A stretch of DNA of 61,667 bases, the filler included, from Sphacelaria rigidula (taxonomy: Eukaryota), in assembly GCA_964200075.2 (NCBI GenBank). It is 5 parts of 5 records of this genome, joined end to end, with 100 filler letters (N's around TTAATTAATTAA, not from the genome) between each part and the next. Parts side by side here need not be neighbours in the genome. Positions count along the whole stretch, not along the records: positions 49,417 to 61,667 come from CAXNAA020003959.1; 4 more parts are not named here. One strand, given 5' to 3'. This document shows, piece by piece, positions 50,795 to 61,667 of this stretch (its first letter is position 1; the number at the start of each line of letters is the position of its first letter). A model generated the notes under the pieces. That model did not search any database. It saw nothing but the letters and a program-made list of their open reading frames with translations, and had not been told where the DNA came from. The position numbers and the translations under genes were made by a program.

Positions 50795-52770
50795 CCCCGT
50801 CTCACCTTAATCTTGAGAGTAGAAGTTTCAAATTTGGTACGGAGAATGAACAGGGCATGATGGAACAAGATTTTGCGGTGCAGAGTTTTTGTATTTTTCA
50901 TGAGTTGGCGGCATTTTATTAATTGATAGTGCACGATGAAAAAATATCTCGCGGCACGGAAAGTTTTTCATTCTTTGCATAGGTTGACCGCATTTTATTT
51001 ACCAAAAATTCCGTTAACCCATGACGAGATTAAAAACTCTCCCTGCCGTTTTTTGTTCATCATGCCCTATTAGTTCTTCGTACCAAATTTGGAAGTCCAA
51101 CTCCCAAAATTGAGGTGAGACCGGGCGATTTAGAAACCAGGCTGGTCGAAATCGGAGCAGTATTTTGCAGGCCACTTACCGGCACAGGTTTGGTACTTGT
51201 GCTTTGAAATATTGTGTGAGACCGACGTCGTTAGGGCATGATGAATCAATTACAAATGGCACACGTTGATTTTTTTCGTTTCGCCATGAGTTGCGAACGT
51301 TTTAGTGCAGAAATTGTTTTTTTCACGAGAACGCCTTCAGCTCTCCAAAAAAAAAGAGGTTTGCAGGCCCACTTTTTTTGTTCAGCATGCCTCTGCGATT
51401 CTCCATGCTGAGTTTCAGACCACAGTTATGGGGGTGAATGGGTGCCATAACGACCAAAAAAACGTGTGCAAAAAAACGCGGAGGTATACTGAGGAATAAT
51501 GAAGACGTCATGGACTGGCCGGACCTGTGCCGAACCTCTGCAGAACCTGTGAACCTGTGCCGAACAGAACACAAGCTACATCTCAAGTTACCTAGGTTTA
51601 CTATGCGACAGCTGTAATATTTTCCATCGCGTCGTTCTCGAGACAGGAAGCAAACCGGCCTGTGCTACTTCACAGCCCCCCGCACACACGCTAGACCTAG
51701 TCACTCGCGCGGCGGATTTGCTCAATTCGCCACAGTGGACCCGAAAAGCCCCCAAGACGTTGAAGAAAACGCTTTTTGGCCTACATTATGTGTTTGGTGC
51801 AGCGGTTTGCAGAGTGCTGCGGCCTCTGCGGCACGAGATACGGAAATCCGCCCCGCGAGTGACTAGGTCTGATGTGTGGGAAACCGCAGTCCAATCCTCT
51901 ACTTGGTTGCCGAGAAAACCGCGTAGAAAGATCGGCACAACAACATACTGCAACAAGAGGGGCACAACAACACGAGCAGCTGCTTCTATCCTCCTGTTGT
52001 TCTGACCCTGTGTACAGGTGTACAGCAACGTCAGTCACAGGATTGTTGTAAAATGTAGTCTAATAATAGTATATTTCATATGAGCGAGGTCATTTTCTAG
52101 AAGTGACGCGTGTATTTGTGATTCATATGATTGGCTCGTAATCGAGCCAATTAGCCTGCAGAGAGGGGTCGACGTTTTTCACAATCGGCCTTTATTCACC
52201 CCCATAACAGTTCTAGAAATTTACCTGAAAAATTGAAAAAAGGGCCAAGAACAACGTTTATTTCCTTGAAAAGAATTCTAAAAATGAAAAACAAATCGGA
52301 AATAAATCTCAAGAAGCTGAAGATTTTATATTTCATATCCTAGCGATTCTCCGCACCAGATTTCAAAGCACAATTCTCAAAAACTGAGAGACGAATTTCA
52401 AATTGGTACATTTAGTGCCTCCGCTCGTAATGTAGTGATTATAGTATGCAACCTCAAGTGCACCACATCTCGAAATCGATGAAGATTTAGGCGAAGGTGA
52501 GAGTATCGACCATTTCCCCGTGCTCCAGGGAATTCCCACACCAGAAATCGTCATCATCCGTTCTATATATCGTTCGGGATTTGAGATACGCTTCAGTATA
52601 GAACTTATCTCCGTACGGTATAGTAATTCCTAGACATGGTGTTTAATCAACGAGAAAAAAATGGCTCACACTCGTGGGCCCATGGGCATCTTCCCATTGA
52701 TTAGGCCATTAATACATTTGATGCGAATCGCGGCCCAGCTCGTCTGTGTCGATGAGATATTGCTCTGAGA
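50795..52770. repeat. Dispersed composite repeat with a foldback at 50797-51125; relative of 20700-21830
   Basis: CAAATTTGGTACG.AGAA...AGGGCATGATG vs CATCATGCCCT...TTCTTCGTACCAAATTTG. Blocks are shared with the dynein intron repeat; the middle portion was not matched. Confidence 0.55.
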
Positions 52771-52829
52771 GCCTAAACCCGTGTCTAGGCTGGACCAGCG
52801 CGTAAGGCAACAGGCCCCGTAGTTTCATC

Positions 52830-54200
52830 GAGGAGGCGGGGGCTCTCCAGCAGAACAGTGTGGATTTCGGTGCCAAAGATCGACTACCGACGTGATCTTT
52901 GTAGTATGCCGACCGCAGGAGTTGAAACGGGCGAGTAACTTCCCATTAAACATATGCTCATCGATCCGCAGAAGGCGTACGGTTCCGTAGACCGCAAGTT
53001 CCTGTGTGCTACCCCGTTTCGGCGTCCCGCCGCGCACGACTATGGTAACCCGTGTATTCCACGATGATGTACACTGGATGATGGTCAATTATCACAGCGG
53101 TTCCGCGACCCCCAGAGACTTGGGCAAGAATTCGCTTCGTCCCTGGTGGTGTTCAATATTTTCCGGGCAGCATCGGTCGACGTCATCAAAAAGCTTTTCG
53201 TGGTAGACCAAGCCATTGCCTCAGACTTAACATGTCTAGATGCGCCAAATAATGGGGTTGGTGAACCCGATCAAGACAAAAGGCTGGAGGGAGTGCAACG
53301 CGCGGTATGGGGAATGCCGTACGCGGATGACGCAGGCATAGCGTCGAGGTCCCCAGACGGGATTTCTGGACTGAAGGCTGTAATAGGGATGGCCTGTCAG
53401 GAATGCTGACCGTGTCGGAGAAAAACACAGAGGTCATGCACTTGTGGTCAACACGCAGCTGCCCACAGACTGCATTGCACATCGAGGCGGCAGCCCAACA
53501 GTACCAGAAGACGGCCAATTTCGTCTGGGTGCTAGCGCAGACGCGAATATTTCGGTCGAAATCAGACCCGCATCAGAAGTGCATGGGAACGCCTCCAAAA
53601 CTGGACACAAGACTCGTTCGTGCAAATATTGCTCGAGATGACGAACTGCCAGCGTACCGATACGGCCATCCGCACGCGTCAACTCTGGTCCGCGGAGGGC
53701 CTTATCTTGGAGGACGAAACACATCTTCCGAAGCGCATTATATTCACACGGTTGACCGCACAAGGAGCCACGGAGGCTTGCCGGCCTCCCGCAGACTAGG
53801 GGCACCGTCTGCGGGATTGCTTACATTGCGCCAGGGGCTGTTCCACGGAAAGAAGAGCGAAGGAGAGGGTTCGTCGACGATGTGGTGGTCAAAACCTCAC
53901 AATACTGAGCCACTGCCGGGAAGAACGTGATCGAGCGGCATCTTGATGTCGAGAAAGGGGCGGAGGAGCTCGAGGAGGCGTGGCGCCGCAAAGATCCCCG
54001 TCAAAGGTACCTACGCCAGAAGAAGACGTTGTTACATAGAAAGCCGCCAATAGAAGAGCCGCTATCGTCGACACGACAACAACAGCAACAGCTCGCGAAG
54101 AATCCGGCTGGAAATGGCCGAGAGAGTGACTCGCTCTGCACCCGATAAGGGATTGATGGGAAAGGCGGGAGTGACTCGACACTGGTAACCTCCTGTCTTA
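52830..54200 (+). mobile_element. 5'-truncated, frameshifted RTE-type LINE (reverse transcriptase remnant)
   Basis: EQCGFRCQRSTTDVIFVV, LPRFGVPP, VFNIF, VWGMPYADDAGIASRSPDG and LTVSEKNTEVM occur in RT motif order, with stops and frameshifts. Confidence 0.85.
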
Positions 54201-55234
54201 TCTTATCGATTATTGATGAGACTGTGTATTGAACGATTAAACATTGGCCATGTGTCGACATTGATTAGCAGCAGCACCAATATACAAGTATGTTGCTGCG
54301 CATGCTATAGTCGATGTCCACTGTATAACGTATTCTTGTCATTGTCTAGCTATGGTGACATTTTGCGTGGGCTGCATACTGTACAAGAGTCATTGTTCAC
54401 CACGCGTTTTATCCACAGCATGTACCCTGCAAGCAGGGGTCTGAGGAATCGAATATGTCCACGGCGGCGTCCTCTATTTTGTATCTCACAACGCTTCTTC
54501 TGCGTGCCTCATTGATTCAACATTCTTGCGACATTTTTTTCGTGAAAATGAAATTGTACGCGCAAAACGCTGCCCTCGAGAGACCAACCATACGCACGAT
54601 TATAAAGAGAGATGAAGCCAAAATGCGTCTTTCTTGCCTCCGACAAGGCCCCTCACGAGCTGGGAAAAGGGAGGGGGGAGGAGGATGGCTCGGGCTGCGC
54701 CTTCCCGGCTGAGCGTGGCAGTGGCGCCGCCACAACACCAACATATTTGCTTATGCACTGGTGTATTGATGGAATCGATCTATGAGAGGGTCTCCTCGAA
54801 AATAGGGTTCAACATCTTGGTGAGGTTGAACCTGCTTTTGCATTTCCGCCATTTCCGCCAAAATAGCTTGGGTTAGAAAAAGCACTTTCGGCTGGTTTAT
54901 ACGCATTTAAAGCAAAGCAGGTGTGGCTGAGTGCACCCAATCAATGCGGTGTACACACATATATATGTCGATGACGATAACACCGGAGGAGCAATGGCGG
55001 ATAGGAAGCTCCCCGCCCGTGTCCTTTGTGTATTCTCGTTCAGCGATTCCCAATCGGTCGGGAGATTGGCATCAGGCTACCACCACACACACCATTTGCC
55101 AGCCCTTCCGTCGGCACAACAACGGCAGGTGGTTACTTGTACAGCCCACCCGAAAAGATGCGTTCAGCGGTACTACCTCTGCTCAGTGCACAACGGCAGG
55201 GTGCAGGGTGACAAAGCATACTGCAGGACATCAC

Positions 55235-57150
55235 ATCCTTAGCCTATCCCTGTCCTGCATTGATTTCGCGCTATTATATGCAGTTCGCCACATCATGAAC
55301 ATAGCCACTTGTACCTGCGGCCAACGTGTACACGGGATATCACCCCTCGCTACGCGCTGTACCGCTACGCAACATTTTGTAAAGCTGTCCGTGTTGCAGT
55401 TACAGCGTGCGTTTGCCCCAGGTGGCGCACGCAGGAGTGAAAGGCCGCCTCCGCCGCTGCAATGGCTGTCTGTATCTCGCGTAAAGCTGTATGGTAACAC
55501 GGCCGCTATGGCTCGAAAGCCGCCTGTAACATCCCACACCGTGAAGATTTTTACACGCTGTGTCTTGAAGTGTAGCATTGCAGTTACCGACTTCAAGTAC
55601 GAGTATTAGAAAACAATTACATTCGGCAATATTTTCTTTACAGTATTGTGCAAGACAAATCGACCGAACGGTCGACGAGGGAAAGGGACTGCTGAACCCC
55701 TCTCGCGATAAAGAATAAAGGCAAGCACCGCAGGAAGAAGGTGGAGAACTAAACCAAACAAACAAACAAACAAAAAACTGTGTTGGCCTTCCTTCTATGT
55801 GACCGCTGCTGGTGCGCCCACATATACCGAAAGGTGGAGACCTGCGTCCAATAAAGATGGGAGGACAACGACAACACACACAATACTGTGCGCAGTACAC
55901 TTTTAACGTCGTGTTCATACTGACTGTAGAAATTTTTGCCTAGGGTCTGGTACATTTCCACATATAATGCAGGGTCTGGTACATTTCCATATGTAATGTT
56001 ACTCAGTGAGATCGTGAAAAAAATCCGCAACATCTGGGCGAACTGAGGTGAGGCAATCGCCAAAATATTCACCTGCAAACTCTGCTCGAGTGCACTATAA
56101 GTTGATATCGCTGGAAGGGCACTACCATAACCACCTTGCCGGCTGCCAGGCTGTCTGGACGTAGGATCCGCTAGCATTGCTACTGTCTGCACGGGAATGT
56201 TGCCCCCTTGTCGGGTACGTGGGGAATGGTCCGTGGTATTCTCACTCAATAGTTCGATTTGGAGCATGATACTAGGTAGGCAGCAGCAATTGCTGTGTGT
56301 CCAGGTGCCCCTTGGAGCAAGATGCGTCTGGCTCCTGTTTGAAGAAGTTTTCCTCAAAAAAACGAAATCAAGAGGGGTTTTGGAGTGGAGAAATGTAGCA
56401 AAAAACGAGTCGCAAAAATCGAGTCGCAAAAATCAAGTCGCCAAAATCGAGTCGTAAGAAACCGGTTAGTCGAAATTTTCACCCGGAGCGGAAACCAAAT
56501 TCACTGAGTGAAATTGGAACTGCTTGCTATTCGTGTGTACGTGGTATACCACCCCTCGCTCGGCCACATTTTATACAGCTGTCGGTGTTACAGCTAAGCG
56601 TGAATTTTCCCGAGGTGGCGAACGCATGGATAAAAAGCCGCCTCCGCCGCTGTAACGCCTGCCTGTATCCTGAGCGAAGCTGTACGGTAACACAGCTGCT
56701 ATGGAGCGCAAGCCGGCTGTAACATTACACACCGTGGAGACTTCTAAACTGTCTCGAAGTTTACGACGCGCACTACCCACTATTGCGCACATCGCAGTAA
56801 GCAATAGATTCCATATTGTGCACAGTGCACGCTTACATCGCGCCCTGACTGTAGACAGCTCTTGTCCAGGGTGTACTTGTAGTACGTTCCCACATATGTT
56901 AGGCATTGAGATCGTGATAAACTATAATCCACAATACATGGTCGAAGTGGAAGTGGAGGAATCACCAAAATATTCGCGTGAAAACCCTGTGCGGCCGTAC
57001 TCTAATTTGTTACCGCTAGAAGAACACCACCACAACGACCACTCCGCTGCCAGACTGTTTGCACGCCCGTCCCGGTAGTGATGGGACTGTCTGTACGGGG
57101 ACGTTGCCCCCTTGCTGGGCACGCCTGCAAGGGTCCGTGGTACAACCCAC
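55235..57150. repeat. Old degenerate tandem duplication
   Basis: 55415-55550 matches 56610-56745 (GCCGCCTCCGCCGCTG...AAGCTGTA.GGTAACAC.GC.GCTATGG). 56050-56238 matches 56955-57142. Confidence 0.7.
55670..55890 (+). mobile_element. 5'-truncated SINE copy (family of 38960-39381)
   Basis: GTCGACGAGGGAAAGGG...GGTGCGCCCACATATACCGAAAGGTG matches the reverse complement of 39030-39230. Confidence 0.75.
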
Positions 57151-57496
57151 TGGTCGCGCGACAGGAGGTTAACCTTCACCTGTAGCACGTTTTGGAGCGG
57201 GAACATCAAGCTCCCAACCCTCAGATATGTAAGGGAGTCTAAATGATGCTTCTGTGTTGGGTATCTTCGAGCGTCCATCCATAACTGGGCGAAGGTTTAT
57301 GATGATGCCGGCAGGATCCGTTGCTGCGTGCGTGCTAGACTGACACCGTACCCACTACAATAGTCATCAGACAGCAGGGGTTGAAAAAATAAAATCCGAC
57401 GCGTCGGGGGTATCCACCGTTTTAACGCCGACCAGGCCCTCAGCGACTTCCGCTGCTGCAGCTGTGACTGTGACACCGTCCTCTTGCACCCATCTA

Positions 57497-57752
57497 GAGT
57501 GATGCTACGGTAGGAATGCACGAGTATTTTCTGAGGTTAGAATTGTCGGGAGCCCTTTATCTCATCCAAAACACGGCTTCTGGCATATGTGGGAGTACGT
57601 CAGGATTACTACTCCAATGTGCTAGGGACATTCCGAATGAATTTGCAAACGGGGATGCCCTGACCCGTGTTCTTGTGCATCTAGAATCGTTAGGAGCCCC
57701 TGAACCAGATATCATTTTGCCCAAGAGGTACACCCCTACCGTAGCATTTTTC
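57497..57752. mobile_element. MITE, Sola-like family, free 256-bp copy
   Basis: Co-linear with 3151-3405, with TCTA duplicated at 57493-57496 and 57753-57756. Confidence 0.85.
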
Positions 57753-58766
57753 TCTACACATCCTCCAAGTTTCGGCGTCATCTCAAGCGAGGTGCGGATT
57801 CTTTTCACGCCTGCGGTTCCAAAACACCGCCCCCATAATATCGAAAAGGAAACACACTATTGGGATATTTGATGCGGGTTTTGACCCCCAAACAGGGAAT
57901 ACCGCCATCACACGCCTTGGACACTTTGCATCGCCCCACCGAGGAGTCTGTTGTATCAATAGCAAACTTTTCCGATTCACTTGGCTCCGATAAGACACGC
58001 CTTAAGGCCCCGGCTTCCCGACACGAAAAAGGAGGGTATATTTTCGATTTTGGGCATGGTTGTGACTTTTCACGCGTTCGATTCTTCTGATTGGTTGGAG
58101 GCTGATGCTCTATGCTCAACGGCCTTTCAAAGAATGCTGAAAATTAGGGCTGTGAACTGGACCAGTTGATACTGTCGATTGAACTGGACCTGAAGTGAAC
58201 TGGCGATGAGGGCGCCAGTGTATCCAGTCTATTTGACATTTGCCTTTACCGGCTATTTTTGGACCCAATTTTAGTGTGGTGAGTTTATAACAACAAAGTA
58301 ATTACACCATTACATCCAATTGACTGCACAACTGAGGTCTGCACTTCAACAGTTGCGGAGTAATACGAGGTACCAATTGAGACGGTTACGTGGTGGTGGT
58401 GCACTTTTCCGTTTTTTTCGGCCGTGGCATGTGTGTACGTCAACGGCTGGCCCGTCGAATGAGGAAAATCAAGAAAAAAAAAGTAGTTGTAACTTACGAG
58501 TTGTGTACGGCGGGACGCTTGATGCGGGAGTCTCGAACGCCAAAACCCCCCAGGCAATTGCCGCAATTACCAATGGCATGATGAAGAGCGTTTTGAACAT
58601 GGTGCAGCACATGCTCACTACCCCTCGAAGTGATATAATAGCGCATATATGCCAAGGTTTGTTGTTTCATTGCACGACATCCGGAAACAAAAATAACAAA
58701 CGGTAACCCGCGACCTGTAGCCAAAAGATACCAAGCCGTACGTTTCAGTATAATCGCATGCATGAT

Positions 58767-61442
58767 TGGAGCAGTGGCAGGGGACAGGGGGTCCTGGATT
58801 GACGGCCTTTATCTGTGTGGCCCCTTGCTGCTGGCTTGTGATGTGGTCTGTTGAGGATCACTCCGCAATAATAACAAGTTAGAATAAATGACTTGTCGAG
58901 CACGAGGCCAGTGCTACTGGAGGAGTCCCTCGTTGATAGTCCTGTTGTCCAGATCGTCTGGCAGAGGTTATAATATCTAGATACTATTCTTCCGGCACTC
59001 TGTTAAAGGAGTTTGGCTGAGGAGAAAAGTGGGCTGCAGCTGGAAGCTAGTTTAGCCCGCACACAGAGAGACCAACTTGAAGCGAACAGCAATGGGGGAC
59101 GCTCCGTGGGCTGGAGGACACACAAGTCAGGCAAGAGTCTCTTCGTGAAGTGTTTGAGCCATTAACACATGGCTCAAGCGGCGGCAGCGCCGCTGGTATT
59201 AATTGAGCCGCTAGAACCGCCAAAGTATGGCAGGGTGTGGACGGAGGAACCGTCAAGACTTTTTTTTGCCGCATATCTCGACTATTTACAGAGGCTCTAT
59301 TTAGCCAATGCCACAGGAGTCATACGGCATGAGAGAGTGAGCATCGGACAACTCATCCCGACCTATATTCACCGGTGCTTCGAAGATATGTACAAGGGTC
59401 GTCGGGCTATGACCCCCGACGAATTGCTAGACGCTGTGAAGTAGGATGCCGGGTACACTACAACCGGCGGCAAGCATGACACTGCGCGGGCTGCAGCAGA
59501 CCTGCGTAGAGTACTCACTATGCCACAAAGCGGTGGAGTATCCATGAAGGATTGTGTGATGATGGTCAGTTCAGCGATGGGAAAGTTGTTCGCAGAAAAC
59601 CTGACAATGCAAGTCATGTACCGTGCAGAGGACAGGAACTGGTTGCCAGGTCCGGCCGGGTCGGTTTCCACAGCTTTGGTGGACGGGATTTCGCCTCCGA
59701 AATTCAAGGCGTATGTTAGAAGTTTACTCACGTATGTTGACGGCTGGAAAAAGAACCCGACGGTAGTGTTCAAAAAAATACTTGATGCCTCAGACCAGTG
59801 GAAATTTATTGAGGCACATAGCTGGCGCAATTCTGCGGCAAGTGCAGGTAGTGCGCGCCGGAAAAAGCAACAGCAACAGAAACAGCAGCAGCAGCCGTCT
59901 TCGCGAGCGTCGTCCACTCGCGTGCGTTACAACAGCGGCGACACTGGACATCTGATCAAGGATTGCCCCAAGCACCGCGCTCAAGGCGCTGCACAGGGTG
60001 ATACACGAGATTCATCAGGATCTCGAGGCAGCCGTCACAGTGGACGGGGCCGTGCCAACCAGGGACGCGGGCGCGGCGGCCGCGGTGGCAAGCAATCGAC
60101 GGCGGATGGTGGTTCCGCCGCTGCTGTTTCTTCCACTACATCATCAGGTGGTGACTCTGGATCTTATGGTTCATCCGTAGCGGGGCGGTGGGAAATGCGA
60201 ACACTCCGGTGGGGAGTGCTGGAGCGAATAGGTCGCAACCCCTCGGCCAGGCAGGACCCGTGTCTGGTGCATCTCCTAAATTACTGCTGCAACGGCTGTA
60301 ACAGCGCCGTCTGCATATTCGGCGACTTGGTCTGGTTGGACCGACGATTCGCACCTATCGATGTCAAGTGCTGGAGGGCAACCCTGGCGTCAGGTGACTC
60401 TTGGTACCGAACAGGGTTCTTCGGCAGGCGTGGTACCTGTCGATCGCAAGGCTGAATACTTACGCGCAGATTTATCTTTGCCTGGTTCTGTAGGTTTGTT
60501 CACGGCCCGCGTTATTCTGGATTCTGGGTGCGCGCTCACGTCATCTGTGTGGGGTTGCTGGAGCAAATGTCTTCGCAGTTTGGCGGCGCTCAGCTTCAGA
60601 TTCCGTTCGGAAACGGACCGCGAACGGCACAGACCGCCACGGATGCTCCCGTGGCGGTTACACATAAATCGGTGCCGATTACTGTTGGCGTGCGTACCCC
60701 ATGGGGGGCTGTGGAGTTGCAGCCCATTACTTTCGCTGCCATGCCCGGTAGGGACAACGTGGTTCTATTTGGGATGGAGACGATGAAGGGCAGGATTGAT
60801 TTGTACCCGCTGGCGTTGTATAAGTTACGCCCGCGTGCTGTGCCGGTGCAAACCGGCGTGGAAATTTCCAGCGATCTTGCTGCAAGGCGTGTGACCGTAT
60901 CCATACGGTCATTCAGAGCGCCAATGAGGAGGAGGCTACTGCGGATCAAGTGGTGGGCCGATTAGTCGATCGGGGGCCCGACATGTTTATGGACCCAGCG
61001 GAGGAGAGAGATGCAAGAGAACGTGCTCTTGAGGATAGCGTGCAGCAGGCCGAGCAGAAGGGCCTGAGCGCCGATGGCGCACATCGTCTGCGTGATATTT
61101 TGGCTTGTTGAGTAGATACATTTCGCCGTGCTCTGCGTGGTGATCCGCCAGCGCGCGTTGAGCCCATGAGGGTGCAGCTTAAGCCTCAGGCGAAGGCGGT
61201 GAAGGCCAAGCCCAGACGTTACGATCCGGTGAAGACCGGGTGGCTTAACTCATGCATCGCAGCTTTGGTGGCGTTTGGTTCAGTGCTGAGGAACATGCAG
61301 GCTGTGTGGGCGAGTCCGGCGATGGCGGTGCCGAATAGGGACACATTCCGTTTGGTCAGCGACTATCAGGAACGCGCAAGTGGAACAGTTTCCGGGGGTG
61401 ATGTCGAGCCAAGAAGACATGCGGGAGTTGCTAGGAGCCCAA
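58767..61442 (+). mobile_element. Decayed Ty3/Gypsy LTR retrotransposon (gag-PR-RT start)
   Basis: gag 59169-about 60190 with an in-frame TAG at 59442 and a mutated knuckle RYNSGDTGHLIKDCPK. Protease RVILDSGC (about 60510). RT N-terminus EPMRVQLKPQAKAVKAKPRRY...WASPAMAVP...FRLVSDY. PR followed directly by RT is the Gypsy order. Several frameshifts; PBS-like TGGAGCAGTGGCAGG at 58767. Confidence 0.88.
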
Positions 61443-61443
61443 C

Positions 61444-61667
61444 GTCGCCGCGCCCCGGTGGTGGAATGGTCCGACTGTCGCCATTAGGGTGGAGAGAACG
61501 GGGGTTCGAATTCCGACGCGTTGGGTTTTTTCTTCGTAATGTATGATTTCCACCGTGGAAAGCGTGGGAACGTGGGTAAACAACGTAGTCGACTGGACGC
61601 GGTGCGGGAGTGCTGACCCAACCCGCGAGACTAAAATGGAAGGCACGTACCCGAAGAGAGATGGATT
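61444..61667 (+). mobile_element. tRNA-derived SINE inserted in the Gypsy RT (cut by window end)
   Basis: GTCGCC...CCCCGGTGGTGGAATGG (A box) and GGTTCGAATTCC (B box, 61503-61514). RT similarity stops at this point. Confidence 0.65.

Overview
Eukaryotic, intron-rich, repeat-rich genomic DNA, most likely from a brown alga or other stramenopile (inferred from gene structure, an axonemal dynein and the repeat types; not proven). The window is not one locus. It is five contigs of 12255, 12255, 12254, 12252 and 12251 bp joined by identical N44-TTAATTAATTAA-N44 linkers, so linkage across the gaps is artificial. Contig 1 (1-12255) holds a LINE remnant, nested MITE/foldback elements and the 5' half of an LTR retrotransposon. 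Its very long gag and its protease region are in one frame, separated by a UGA-CGG stop followed by a predicted H-type pseudoknot, a candidate programmed readthrough signal and the best finding here. Contig 2 holds 13 phase-consistent minus-strand exons (624 codons, AAA5-AAA6 region) of an outer-arm gamma-type dynein heavy chain. Contig 3 holds the first four exons of isovaleryl-CoA dehydrogenase, head-to-head with an unrecognised polyQ/coiled-coil/TM gene. Contig 4 holds an array of five 17-bp palindromes, a tRNA-derived SINE, a Tourist-like MITE and a small gene ending in a WW-like domain. Contig 5 holds a decayed RTE-type LINE, MITEs and a decayed Ty3/Gypsy element interrupted by a SINE. 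No rRNA, tRNA genes or CRISPR-Cas were found.
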